Positions 13,136-27,399 are shown, counted from the stretch's first letter. The stretch: DNA of 64,000 nt from the human T2T-CHM13v2.0 reference genome, Homo sapiens (GCF_009914755.1 NC_060936.1); one strand, 5' to 3'. Made by a program: numbers and translations. Notes: generated by a model from the letters alone, not told the origin.

Positions 13136-13228
13136 GTATAACATAACCACATTTATTTAAGAATGTATTCCAATATCAAATGGCAAATTTCATCAATGCA
13201 AAAACTGCAATAACTTGCACCAACTCTT
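13136..13228 (-). mobile_element. Hsmar1 5' end with left TIR
   Basis: gtataacataaccacatttatttaagaatgtattccaatatc..aaaactgcaataacttgcaccaac; the end is the reverse complement of the TIR at 3876. Confidence 0.88.
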
Positions 13229-13552
13229 AATTGGAGTTAATAGGAAGATATATATGTATCTCTATAGACCAAGGAAACACAAAAGCTACAAGCAGTTGAT
13301 TTTATGCCAGATGATCCAACCTACAATAAAGAAAGATAGTAAAATGAGAAGAAGTAAGATGCATTATAGCAAAAGATGTCTTCGATTTGCACAAGAAGAT
13401 TTGACTTTTTAAGCCCACCAATGACATTTCATAACTGTAACTGTGGTGCAAGACTCTAAATTAATGTCTTTTATCTGAGTCTTTGATTGCACTTGGATTT
13501 TCAGTTTCATCTCCGATATAGAAGAATGGAAGTTGTAACTGATGTCCTTTAA

Positions 13553-13660
13553 AAAAAGAAGAAAGAAGAAGGAAGAAGGAGGAATGAGGAGGAGGAGGAG
13601 AAGAAAGAAGAAGAAGAAAGAAGAAAGAAGAAGAAGAAGAAGAAAGAAGAAAGCAGGAAG
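13553..13660. repeat. (GAA/GGA)n polypurine tract
   Basis: About 100 nt almost entirely A/G. Confidence 0.9.
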
Positions 13661-13679
13661 CCAGGGAAGCTGAAAATCC

Positions 13680-15720
13680 ATTACTTGGATAAAATAGTAA
13701 GTTGAGGTTGCAGGGAAAACTTTCACACTAAAATATGGAAGGACAGGTAAATCTAAAGAGACACAGACAAGATCTATGTACATGGAACAGAAGCTGGGAT
13801 CATACATTGGTAAAATACTTTCATGGTAATTTTTACAAATTGCTAGACACTGAATGTAGAGTGGAAAAACTTCTGGGAGCTACAGTCTTGGGAGACCTAC
13901 AAACTTGAGTTTCTCACTGTGAAGATCAAAAGAAGGTTTCTGAGCTGGTTCTGTTGGGTGGTGGAGGTGGGGAGGGAGAGGGGCAGGCAATGGGGCGGAG
14001 GGGAAGAGAAACCACTGTGAAACATGTCCAGAGCCTTCTCCATATCAAAGGCTTACTCTACAGGAAAAAGACTTGGCCAGAGCCTTACTGCAGAAGGCAG
14101 AAAAGCATTCCTCTCACCACTCCTTCCTCTAGCCCTCCTATTTCACCTAAGTTACAGGGAGGTTGGGGGTGGGGGTGTGGCGGGATTAACAGGGGTCAGG
14201 GCTTGAAGGGTATACATTGAAAATACTACACATAGGGAAGCAAGTAGGAACAAGGGAAAAGAAAATAGTACCATTGGAAGAATACTTAGAAGGTCACAGC
14301 CCAGATACACAGACTCACTAAAACACAGATATATAGCCTGAAGATTATAAAATGCAAAGGGAAAAAAGAATGAACAAAACAGAACATACAAGAAATGTGG
14401 GGTAGGACACAATTGCTCATGCCTGTAATCCCAGCACTTTGAGAGGCTGAGATAGGAGGATCACTTGAGGCCAGGAGTTCAGTAATAGCCTAGACAACAT
14501 AGCAAGACCACATCTCTACAAAAAATATAAATAAATAAAAAATAAATTAGCTCAGCATGGTGGTGCATGCCTGTAGGCTTAGCTACTCTTGAGGCTGAGG
14601 AGGGAGGATCTCTTGCGCTCAAGAGTTCAAGACTGCAGTAAGCTATGATTGTGCCACTGCACTCCAGCCTGGGTGACAGAGCAAGATCCTGTCTCAAGAA
14701 AAACAAAACAAACAAAAAAACAAAACAAGGAAAGAAATGTGGAACTATATAAAAAGTTATAAAATACATCTAATTTAAATACCAGAGGAGAAGAGAAAAA
14801 GCCAAAGAAGCCTAGAAAATACTTGAATTCTTATAGTAACAACGGTCAAAAATTTTCAAAAATTCATGACAGACATTAAACATAAATCCACAAAACTCAG
14901 AAAACACAAAACAGGATAAATACTGAACCTAGCCATATCATATTCAAATTGTGTAAAACCAGAGAAAAGGAAAAATCTTGACAGAATCCAGTGTGCAGGG
15001 GGGAGATGAGACAAGTTTCAGATGAGAACTCTTCTGTAATTGTTATAGTTCCTATAAAGGAACCTTATATTGTGCCTCTATAGGCCTCTCATCTGAAACC
15101 AGGCAAGTAAGAAGATAATAACATGAAGTATTTAAAATATTGAAAAAAATCTAGAATTCAATAAGCAGTAAAATTACCTTTTAAAATGAAAGAAAAAATA
15201 AAGATTTTTTGAAAACAAAATTTGAGGTATTTATCACAAGCAGATGTGCCTTGCAAGAAATGTTCAAAGAAGTTCCTGAGGGAGAAGAAAATAATATAGG
15301 TCTGAAATTTGGATCCTCATAAAGAAAGGAAGAGTGTTGGACAAGGAATAAATGAAGACAATATAAAACCTCTTATTTTTCATATTCTTTATTGACCTAA
15401 AATATAACCATTTGCTTAAATAGTGGTAATGACAAATTGTATGATTATAGTCAATAGATAAGTGAAGTGCATGAGAAAAATATCACAAAGAGTGGAATGG
15501 TAGAATTGGTAATACTCTGGTATAAGGTAGACACATGAGGCAATATAGTGTTATTTAAAGGTGGACTTATGTTAATTTGAAAAGTATATTGTAAACTTTA
15601 GGGGAACCAAGAAAAAATCTTAAGTATAATTGATAGAACTAAAAGGAGAAATAGACAAATTTATTATAGTTGGAGTCTTCAAAGTCCCTTTTGTCAGTAA
15701 TAAGCAGATCAAACAGACAG
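13680..15720 (+). mobile_element. Old L1M 5' region/ORF1 remnant, interrupted by AluJ
   Basis: ORF1-like tracts (aaactcagaaaacacaaaacaggataaat, cctagccatatcatattcaaat, ctagaattc); boundaries approximate. Confidence 0.6.
14401..14730 (+). mobile_element. AluJ-type SINE
   Basis: Diverged Alu with J-type ggaggatc motifs; TSD aagaaatgtgg on both sides. Confidence 0.92.
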
Positions 15721-15799
15721 AATATCAGTAGATAGATGGAGACAGAGAGAAGGGGGGAGAGAGACAGCAATAATATGCTATAGTGGCTGTACCACTTAC

Positions 15800-15980
15800 T
15801 AGCTTTGCTGTAATAGTTATGTGATTTTCTATTGTCTAAAGTTCAGTCTTGCTTTCATAAAATAGGAATCATAGCAGTACCTAATGATGTGTAGGGTCAT
15901 TTGAGGGTTAAATAAGATATTCCGGGTAAACTACTTACCAAAGTGCTTGATACATAGTAAATTCTCAATGAAATATAACA
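15800..15980 (+). mobile_element. MIR
   Basis: MIR core-like aaaataggaatcatagcagtacct..gagggttaaataagata..acatagtaa. Confidence 0.7.
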
Positions 15981-17789
15981 TCAGTATTTATATAAAAGCA
16001 TTTTATAAATTTAATCATAAAAATAAATGTCATTAATAATTGCTAACCTAAAAGCAATTATAACATTTTTCTTCTCTCTTTTCAGCTTTATGACATTAAA
16101 CTATTGAAGTTGCTCTGCTAGGCCCTTTCCCAAGATGAATTAAAACACCTGAGAAGAAAATAAACAAATCAGACAAAATAGAAATAACTAATACCTAAAA
16201 TAGCTATTTGTCTTTAAGAACTTGAAAGAAAAAATTATTTTGAAATAGATTGTTTTGCTTTAGAGTAATAATATTAGAAAATTTCCAAACATAACCTTAA
16301 AATGTATATGAATTGCATCTTATCAGGATAGTAAATATTATTTAGAATTTAAGGGAAGTATTTTTCACAATAATTTAAAGAGGAATTTCTGTAGGATTTA
16401 TTCCTTAAACCCAAAATTTAACTGAAGTGTTTTTGAAAAATTTCTTAACACCATAAATTTTAGCTTAATTAAACCTCTCAAGGGGAGGTTTTTCCTCTCA
16501 AGGGGAAATACAAATAACACTTCAAGGAAAATGGTATCTCTTCTTAGCTTGGATAGTTATTTTCAGAAGTTTGCTTACAGTATGAAAAGGTAAAACAATG
16601 TTATGTGTCAAGCAAGTGAACACATTACTCACAGTTAAAACACAATATGTATTATTTAAGCAATTGTAAACTTGTTTCTGTAAAATTTAATGAAGTTTTA
16701 TTTTAAGATGCCAAAAATATTTAAACTGAATGTTTTTTAATTCTCTGCCTGAAAGTCAGACATACAATAGAAATAATGTAATAAGAGGAAATAAATATCA
16801 CCCTTGAATATTCACTTTGGATTAGTATCTTTCATAAATCTATTTTTAAACTCATAATTAATGAAACTTTCAAAATAAATTTATTCCTTATTTTTGTACT
16901 AAGTTGAATAATGTACTCTCACAACATAATGTTAACAAAGTAAGTATATTTTGATAAAGACTACAATAATCAAAAAATATATTTTAGTAATGCCTGCAGT
17001 GCCTAAAGGTGGTATAAAAAACATTTGTTATTACTGCATCAATATAAGAATTGATAAGTTATATCTATGATCCAGCTATTAGAAATATATTGATTTAGGT
17101 CTTTTTCTCATAAATTCCTAGTAAACGTTCTTAAAAATAGCAAATTCCTTTTAGTCTCTCTAAAATTTGACACTTCAAATTATACATTTGCCTTTCATTT
17201 GCTGGCATCATGGTGTATAATTTCTTTTCACTTTCATTTAAAATCCTGACAGCCTCACCAGGATTCTTGCTCAAGATCAGAAATAAAAGGCTTAGAAAAT
17301 CATTATATTGTCAGAGCCCACACAAGAGGTAAAATGCAGTGAGCTTGTTGTGAATGATGGAAATACCAGTGGGATATTTGTCTATGAACCAGAATTCTCA
17401 AAATGTATCAAATATGATTTGTCCTTCGAAACCATTTTCTCTTTTGAGAGAAAAACAAACCAAATAAAGAGTTAGATAAGTTTGATCTTCACTAGTAAGT
17501 TAAAAGAAACGATTTCTATTATCTTCTATTTGAAGAACTATAATAATACTATTGAATAGTTATATTTCTGAATAGACCGAAGGCCATGCTTGAAATATAT
17601 GTTTCTCTCCAATGACCAATGCTTTGTTTGCTGGGTGAATGTCCTGATACAAAGTCAAAATAAAATAGAACTTTTACAACAAATAGAATTTTTAAAGTTC
17701 TATATTGGACACACAAAACCATACATATTAACAAGAACATACATACATATTAACAAGAACATAACAAAATAGATAGTAATTTTTTTAGC

Positions 17790-20700
17790 TTCAAGTGGAA
17801 TTTTTGAGTAAAAAAGTGCATTTTTAAAATTTACTAGATATTATCAAATTATTTACCAAATTGTACCAGTTATACTCCTATTATCATGGTTTAGAAATGT
17901 GTGTTTCTCCATAATTCTACCAAAGCTTAGTGTTAGCAAATATTTTCACGTTTGCCTTTCTAATGAGTGCAAAATAGTATCGTTTTATTTTGCATTTTTC
18001 AAATGTTCTAAGCAATGATTGAACATTTATTCATAAAAAGTCACTCAGATTTTGTTACATATTTTGCTCGTTTTTCTATTCTGTTGTTGAGTTTCTCATA
18101 TTAATTATGAAATATTGTGTACTCGTCCTTTGTCAAATATAGTGTTGTAATTATTTTCTCCTAGTCTGCAGTTTTTCTATTAAGTTTTATTGTATCCTTC
18201 AGGAAAACATTTGTTAATATAGCCAAATTATTACAAATATTATTTTAGGGTTTGAGACTTTAGTCTTACTTAAGGAATGCTTCACTGCCATAGTTATATA
18301 TTTTCTTTTAAAAATTTTAAACTTTGTTTTTCTCATATCTCTTTTATTCATCAGAAATTACTTTCAATATGTTCTGTATGAGGTAGAATTTTAATATGGT
18401 TTTTCCACATGTGAGAGCATTATTTCCTGCACCATTGAATAATACATTCTTTGTTCACTGATTTGCAATGCTTCCTAATTCATGGGATTGAAGTTCCGTT
18501 TGTCCATGAGTCTGTTTCTGTAATTTTCGTGAATTAAATTGTTCCAGTTAACCTTTCCCTGTGCCAGTACCAACCTATATGAATTGATATAGCTTTGTAG
18601 TAGATCTTGATATCAAGAAGCAAATTCCTCCTCGAATTCTGGATATATTTTATTTGCCTCATTCAGTACCATGTTCCAGCTTTCTCCATCGTATTCTATG
18701 CTTTTTATACAAGCTAGTATTGTAATCTTACTTGGTAGACTTCGTTTTAGAATAGTTTTGAATTTATAGAAAAATTGAGCAGATAGTATACAGTTCCCAT
18801 GTACCTTTTTCCCTGCTCACAGTTTCACACATAATTAACATCCTACATTAGTGTGATACGTGTGTTACAATGAATGAATCAATATCAATACATCATTAAC
18901 TAAATTCATAGTTTACATTAAGATTAATTTTTTTGTTTAGTAAAGCTCTATGGGTCTTGACCAATGTGTAAAGGCATGAGTTCACATTACATTATCATAC
19001 AGAATAGTTTTAATGTCCTAAAATCCTCTGCTTCATCTATTTATTCCTCCCTATACCTCTATACCACTAGCAACCATTGATCCTTTACTTCTGTATAGTC
19101 TTGCCTTTTTCAGAATGTCATGTAGCTGGAATCATACAGTAGCCTTTACAGATAGGCTTCTATCATTTAGTAATGTACTTTTAAGTTTCATACATTTTTG
19201 GTGGCTTGATAATTTCTTTATATAGCTAAAAAAATAATCCATTGTTTTGATGTACCACAGTCTGTTTATCTATTGAAAGTTATTTTGTTTGTTTTAAGTT
19301 TGGGACAGTTATTAACAAAGGTATTATAAAGACTGTTATGCAAGCTTCGATGTGGATATGTTTTCAACTCAGGTAAATACCTAACAGAATGATTGATGGA
19401 TCATATGTAAGACTATATTTAGCTTTGTAAGAAACTGCCAAACTCTTTTCTAAAGTGGCTGTATAATTTTGCATTCCCATTGGCAATGAATGAGAATCCT
19501 TTTCGCTCAACATTTTTTGCCAGCATTCTATATTTTCAGTCTTGCTTTTTAAATAGATTTTAGCCATTCTAAGGGGTGCTTAGTATTATGGTGTCTCATT
19601 GTTATTTTAAATTGCAATTCTCTAATGGCATATGATACTGAGCATTTTTTTTCATATGCTTATGTGCCGTGTCTGTCTGTTAGATATTTTGTCCATTTTC
19701 AATTAAGTGGGGTCTTTTCTTATTGTTGAGTTTTAGGAGTTCTTTGTATATTTTGAATATCACTCACTTATCAGCTATGTGTTTGGCAAATATTTTCTTC
19801 CAGTCTCTGGTTTATATTTCTATTCTCCTTACAGTGTCTCATGGAGCAGAATTTTTAAATTTTAATAAAGTTCAACTTACCAAATTTTTCTTCTGTAGAT
19901 AGTGCTTCTGGTGTTGTATCTAAAAAGTGATTACCAAATTCAAGGTCAACCAATATTGGTCACCAAATTCAACCTAAATTTTTCCCATATTATCCTCTAG
20001 AAGTTATATGATGTTGTATTTCACATTTAGGTCTATGATCCATTTTTAGGTAAATTTTGTAAAATGTGTAACATCTGGTCTATTTTCACCATTTTACATC
20101 TATTCTAGCACCACTTGGTGAAGAGAGTCTTTCTTCCCTTGACTTGCCTTTACCCCATCAATGATGAGTTTGCTATATTTGTGTACTTTTCTTCCTGGGC
20201 TCATAATTCTATTCCATTATCTAACTGTATAGTCTTTCATCAATACCACATTGTACTGATTCATACTGATAGCTTTATCCTAAATCTTCGGGTAATATTA
20301 GTTTTACCACTTTTTTATTGTATTAGCTATTCTGGATCTATAATATTTTCATATAAACTTTAGAGTCAGTTTGTCAATATCTACACAATAACTTTTTTTG
20401 TATTTTATTGAAAGTATAATGACTCTATAAAATAAAGTCAGAAATAACAGGTACTTTAACAATATTGTCTATCTACCCAAAATATGGAATACAGTTCCAC
20501 TTGTTTAGTTCTTTATAAATTTATTTTGTTAGATTTTTGTTGTTTTTCTCATATATGTCATGCATATCTGGCTAGAATTACACCTAAGTATTTTAATTTT
20601 TTGGTGCTAATATAAAGGATATTGTGTTTTTAGTGTCAAATTCTTTTGTTCCCTGCTGGTATATAGGAAAACAATTGACTTTTGTATATTAACCTTGTAT

Positions 20701-21790
20701 CCTATAACCTTGCTATAGTCACTTATTAGTTCCATGAGGTTTGTTGTTGTTGATTCTTTGGCATTTTCTACATAGTATCTGAGAATATAAAAGTTTTATT
20801 TCTTCCTTTTCAATTGGTATACATTTTACTTTCTTGTTTTACTGGATTATCTACAATGTTGACTAACACTGCAGAGAGGGAGTGTCTTGCCTTATTCTAA
20901 AGGTGGAAATATTCTTTCCTGCCATTAAGTATGATGTTAACTGTAGGCTTTTGTAAATTCTTTAAAAAATCATGGTTATGAAGTTTCTCTCTATTCCTAG
21001 TTTACTCAGAATTTTTATCATAAATATGTGTTGGAGTTTATCAAATTCTTTTTCTGCATCTGTTGACATATATGATTTTTCTTCTTTAGCCTGTCGACAC
21101 GATAAATTTCATTAGTTGATTTTTGAATGTTGAATCTTTTTATACTTGTAATATATGCTGCCTTGTCATGTATAATTATTTTTGTACATGTTGGATTTGA
21201 TCTGCTAATATTTTGTTGAAGATATTTGCACATATGTTCATAAGAGATTGGTCTGTTTTTTTTACGTTCTTGTAAACACACTTTTATTTGGTTTCAGTAT
21301 TAGGATAATGCTTGCCTCAGAATAATTTAAAAATTATTCCATCTGCTTCTACTTTCTGGAAGAGTTGCCATGAATGGGTATAATTTCTTCTTTAAATGTT
21401 TGGTAGAGTTCATCAGTGAAAACTTCTGGGTCTCTTGCTTTTATATTTATTGAATTTTATTAGAAGTATTCTGCTATAACTTTTGAGATGGCTATATAAC
21501 TTTTCACATATAGTTTCATATTGACAGATTATCAGGTATTTACCTATTCTTGCATGCCTAATTAACCTCTACATGATTATAACATGTCACACTATTTGCT
21601 AGTATTTTTTCATCTAAGTAAATTAAACTTGTTCTATAGTTATTTTATTAGCTTGCTATCTAGTTCTGATGTTAGTATTACAGAGCTTCATAAAGTTTGC
21701 ACTCTACCTTTTCAAATTTTTGAAAGTTTATATAGAATAGATCTTATCAGTGCTTCGAAATTTTAGACATTTCACAAGTAAGACTGTCTG
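17790..21790 (-). mobile_element. Old L1M fragments (L1MC/MD-type 3' end near 18735, then ORF2 to about 21430)
   Basis: T-rich antisense L1; ORFs 19364..19567 and 21018..21281 translate as degraded L1 ORF2. Confidence 0.8.
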
Positions 21791-23190
21791 GCTACAGTAA
21801 CCAAAACAGCATGGTACTGGTAACAAAGCAGATATATAGACCAAAGGAACAGAACAGAGACCTCAGAAATAACACCACACATCTACAACCATATGATCTT
21901 CGACAAACCTGACAAAAACAAGCAATGGGGAAAGGATTCCCTATTTAATAAATGGTGCTGGGAAAACTGGCTAACCATATGCAGAAAACTGAAACTGGGC
22001 CCCTTCCTTACACCTTATATAAAAATTAACTCAAGATGGATTAAAGACTTAAAGGTAAAACCTAGAACCATAAAATCCCTAGAAGAAAACCCAGGCGACA
22101 CCATTCAGGACATAGGCATGGGCAAAGACTTAATGATGAAAACACCAAAAGCAATTGCAACAAAAGCCAAAATTGACAAATGGGATCTAATTCAACTAAA
22201 GAACTTCCACACAGCAAAAGAAACTATCATCAGAGTGAATAGGCAACCTACAGAATGGGAGAAAATTTTTGCAATCTATCCATCTGACAAAGGTCTAATA
22301 TCCAAGATCCACAAGGAACTTAAACAAATTTACAAGAAAAAAATACCCCCATCGAAAAGCGGGCAAAGAATGTGAACAGACACATCTTAAAAGAAGACAT
22401 TTATGTGGCCAACAAACATAAGAAAAAAGCTCATCATCACTGCTTATTAGAGAAATGCAACTCAAAACCACAACGAGATGCCATCTCACGCCAGTTAGAA
22501 TGCTGATTATTAAACAGTCAAGAAACAACAGCTGGTGAGGCTGTGGAGAAATAGGAACACTTTTACACTGTTGGGAGTGTAAATTAGTTCAACCATTGTG
22601 GAAGACAGTGTGGTGATACCTCCAGGATCTAGAACGAGAAATACCATTTGGCCCAGCAATCCCATTACTGGGTATATACCCAAAGGATTATAAATCATTC
22701 TACTATAAACACACATGTACACGTATGTTTACTGCAGCACTATCTACAACAGCAAAGACTTGGAACCAACCCAAATGCCCATCAATGATAGACTGAATAA
22801 AGAAAATGTGGCACATATACATCGCAAAATACTATGCAGCCATTAAAAAGGAGGAGTTCATGTCATTTGCAGGGACATGGATGAAGCTGGAAACCATCAT
22901 TCTCTGCTAACACAGGAACAGAAAACCAACTACTACATGTTCTCACTCATAAGTGGGAGATGAACAATGAGAATACATAGACACAGAGAGGGGAGCATCA
23001 CACACCAGGGCCAGTCATGGGGTGGAGGGTAAGGAGAGGGAGAGCATCAGGACAAATACCTAATGCATGCGGGGCTTAAAAACCTAGATGATGGGTTGAT
23101 AGGTGCAGCAAACCACCTTGGAACATGTATACCTATGTAACAAACCTGCAGGTTCTGCACATGTAACCCAGAACTTAAAGTAAAATAATT
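21791..23190 (+). mobile_element. 5'-truncated L1PA (L1PA7/8-like)
   Basis: ORF 21893..22375 is the ORF2p C-terminal region ([25 protein letters not shown]); L1PA 3'UTR ending cagaacttaaagtaaaataa. Confidence 0.93.
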
Positions 23191-23421
23191 TTTTAAAAAG
23201 TTAAAAGTTTTAGTGCATTGTGAATTTTAAATCTATTTTTTGAAATAATTTTTATTTTTATATTACTATATGAAATTCTTTGCATAGAATTTCTCAAATT
23301 TATTGACAAAAACTTTTTCATTATACATAGACACACACACTCTCTCTCTCTATTGTGTCTTCAATTATTTCTCCTTTTTTGATGTTGATCCACATATTAA
23401 TGGATTATCCCATAATTTATT

Positions 23422-23470
23422 GGCCTTTTGGCTAAGATCAAGTATAGCATCTGTTCTCATCAGTTTAATA
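23422..23470 (+). pseudogene. Truncated U2 snRNA retro-fragment
   Basis: ggccttttggctaagatcaagtatagcatctgttctcatcagtttaata matches U2 nt ~11-59 with 3 substitutions. Confidence 0.88.
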
Positions 23471-23806
23471 AATTATTTTTTGTTATTACTTTATTTTCCT
23501 AGTCAGCCTTGCTAAAGACTGTTCTATTATACTATCCTTTCTAGAGAATTTATCCTTGGTTTGGATGACACTCAGGTATAGATCGTATATTTATTATATT
23601 ACATTTTATTAATCTCTGCTCTTATACTTATTATGCCCATTCTTCTATTTTCTTTGGCTAATTTTTGTTCTTTTAAGTTGCCTACATTAGATTCTTAGTT
23701 CATGAAATTTTAATTTGTTCTTGTTGAAAACACAAATGTAATTATGGTTAGAAATGTTCCAAAGTTTTGTTATGTGAAATTAATGCACTCATTATCATTT
23801 AATTCT

Positions 23807-23809
23807 TTT

Positions 23810-23842
<33 letters not shown>

Positions 23843-24124
23843 TAACAGAGTTTCACTCTTGTTGTCCAGGCTGGAGTGCAATGGCAGAATCTCGGCTCAC
23901 TGCAACATACCCTCCTGGGTTCAAGTGATTCTCCTCCCTCAGCCTCCCGAGTATCTAGGACTACAGGCATCCACCACCACATCAGGCTAATTTTTTATAT
24001 TTTTAGTACAGTTGGGGTTTCGCCATGTTGGCCAGGCTGGTCTTGAACTCCTGACCTCAAGTGATCTACCCGCAACAGCCTCCCAAATGGCTGGTATTAC
24101 AGGAATGAACCACCACACCCGGCC
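23807..24124 (-). mobile_element. AluS with (CA)n-converted tail
   Basis: Antisense Alu; TG repeat at 23809-23842 in tail position; TSD catttaattct / catttagttct. Confidence 0.93.
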
Positions 24125-24470
24125 CATTTAGTTCTATTTTTCAAAGTATATTTACTTTTTTCCCTCAAAAGCCTGGCCTTTCTTTTTTAGATAATTGTAA
24201 AGTTTACAACATATAGTGTTTTCTGGCTATATTTGTTATTGGTTCATGTCTCATTTAGCTGCATTATCTCAAGTAACACTGTCTGTAAAATATTTATTTT
24301 TGAAATGTCTAGAAACATCATTGTGAAGAAGTACATGTTCTTTATTTGTAAATATGTTATTTGTATATAATATGATGGGTTTTCTATATTAGGCTTCAGA
24401 TATTTACACATTTCTATTATACGAGCATTGCTCAAATCTTTATTTGTATTCTTGTTTTCTTTATCTCTTG

Positions 24471-24781
<311 letters not shown>

Positions 24782-25589
24782 TATCTCTTGATTTTTATTA
24801 AAAATTTATTAAAATCTCTCCCATGACTCTGAAATTAACAATTTATTAATTTTTTCAGATTTGACTTTTAAATATCAAAAGCATGTAATTAGATATAGTC
24901 AAGTTCACAAATGATATATCTTTTTGTAGATTCTTCATTTGACTACTATGTTGTAATCTTTATCATCAATTTTGTCTTATATTAATATTGCAACATTGGA
25001 ATTTTTGGCTAATGCTTCCCCATCCTCCCACTACACAGACTCTTTGGATTTTTCTTATTATCAATTATCTTCTTAAACAGTTTTTTTCTGTAAGAGTCTA
25101 AAAGTCAAAATTTACTTAGTGTTTTATTACTCACAAATACATCTTTGTTGTTTCCACTCATGGATGACAGCTTAACTATCATAAAATACTGCGTTGTCTG
25201 TTTCCCCAAATGTAGACAATATCGTGTTAAGAGTATTCTGCCATTCACTGTTAATGAGAAGAAAGTTTTCAATCTAATTATCATTTTTTAATAGATAATG
25301 TCATTTCTCTCTGATACATTTTAACATTTTTATTTCACTTTTAGTTTACTATTATACACTCATTTTTTAAGTATGGTTTCATATTTAATTGATTGGCTTG
25401 GTACACAAAGTTTACATTTGATTTGGGGACTTACAATTCCTTCAATTATACAAGATTCTAAATTATCATCCATTTATGTATTCCTTTTTCTTCTTTTGCT
25501 CCTTTTTCTTCTTCTGTAATTTCTTATGAAATTACATAATTTTCTTCACTTTACTTTGAGTAATTACTTATGTAATTACTTCTTATGTA

Positions 25590-25905
25590 TGGTGTATTTT
25601 TACTCAATCCATGTGACTTGCTTTGTTCAATGAAATTTGAGTAAGATTGACAAGTGCCACATTCTAACCAGAAGTATTAAAAGTGATAACATGGTTTTAT
25701 CATACTTTTTATAGACATAAGATCAATAATGTCTTACATATGAGTTAGTCTATCAACTTGGATTGCTGAGGAAGGAAAACATGGACAAACTGACTCTCAA
25801 TACACATGTTCTGTGAATGAGAACTCAATGTTTATTATTTTTATTGTGAATATTTCAGTCAGTTTTACTTAGGTGTAAATTAGTTAAATCTGACTTGTAA
25901 ACACC
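25590..25905 (+). mobile_element. MLT1-type MaLR LTR relic
   Basis: ccatgtgacttgctttgttcaatgaaat motif typical of MLT1; heavily diverged. Confidence 0.5.
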
Positions 25906-27056
25906 AATGAGACAAATATTAAAATTTCTCAATCCATCCTCTTTTAAATCTTCCTCTCTGTATATTTTTATCTTTTTTTCTTTAGAAGAGTTCCTCATTA
26001 ACTACTAATCTAATTTTTCAGTGAAAGTCTATATAACAAAGTGATGGCATACTTCAAAGAATTTAATTAAAGATATTTAATGGGTCAGGCATTTATAGAA
26101 ACAAGGAAATGTCTAAGGAAATTATTAAGATATGGTGAAACACCCAGTGAAAAGTAATAGCAGGGAGGTCTTACTATCTTAGGCCTGAAGAGACAAGGGA
26201 AGGCAATGATTTATTGGAATCAGTAAGTACTAAAGCTGTGAAAGAAAGAGAAGCCCATCAAAGCTATAAGCCTAGTCACAGAGGAATGCAAGCATTGCCA
26301 GACTGTTAGGAGAGAGTGGAAGTACAGACAAAAATGCCCACTCTTTCTGTCCTAATGGCTTTCAATCTACCCCCTAACTTTCCCTGTGTCTGAACCCAAA
26401 TCCAAGGGAAACTAAAACTCCAGATTATATAATCCACAGAATTAAGCCCTAAAAGCATAGAATATGAAAAAAATGGCAGATAATTGATCTAGTTTTGGGA
26501 GCATAGTGAAATAAATAGTCAGCACATTTTCCATTTTCTCTTATTGACCAAGTCCAATAAAGAAATTATTACATCTATTAACATTTTCATTTAATTTTCT
26601 TTTTTATTAGGTGACATTTTAGGTTATAAGGAACAGAAGCTGAATGTGTGGGATTAGACCATTGTTAAAAGGACAGTGGGTAGATGTCCAATTTTGCTAT
26701 TACAAAATAATTCATGCTTAAATAACGTTTCTGCCAAAACAATTATAAAAGCAATGCAAAATACATAAAACACCCATTCAAATGCACTGTAGATCAGCCA
26801 ACACAGGCATAATATTCTCCATAATCACTTTTGATTAGAAATTAAGGGTATTTGCCAATTTTAAGTCTAGGACAACAGAAAATGAACATAAAGCCCCGAT
26901 CCACCTGTGTTGAGGAAACAGAGGTTTGCAATCTAGTATTTCTAAGGGGCTAGAAATGGAGGGAAGGAAACTGCTGAAAACTGAACCCAAAATTTTGTAC
27001 GAAACTTTTCTTCAGAAAGTTTGAATGCTGAAGATGCCCATAGGAAAGACACACTT

Positions 27057-27082
27057 AAAAAAAAAAAAAAAAAAAAAAAAAA
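27057..27082. repeat. Poly(A) tract, 26 nt
   Basis: Pure A run. Confidence 0.95.
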
Positions 27083-27399
27083 CTATACAAACGAGAAACA
27101 CCAGAAAGCAGCAGCTGGGATGCCAAAGAGCTGAGCAGAAGTTTTTTTTTTTACAGCCGTAGAGCTCTGAGAAGACAGAAGTTTGTGTTCATGACCTACC
27201 AAGAGACTCTGGTAAAAGCCTAGGCTTTCAGCTGAGGTCTTTGAAGGTTTATATCCTAGAAGCAAAGAAAAGCTGAAGTACACTAGCCGTAACGTAGGCT
27301 AAAACCTAATCTTCACAGTAATAATGTCATACTTCAATAACAACTGCATGCTCTTAAAATGTTTTCTTATAAACTGTTGCTTGCAAGGAAGAATAAAGT

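Noticed and set aside
13409-13807. 132-aa hydrophobic ORF
   Set aside because: The F/L/S run is the antisense reading of the GAA/GGA tract
16066-16165. Acceptor-like sites on both strands
   Set aside because: No matching donor or open frame found; such motifs are common in AT-rich DNA
21893-22375. 160-aa ORF as an active L1 gene
   Set aside because: Fragment of a 5'-truncated L1PA with no promoter, EN or RT; no TSD could be identified either
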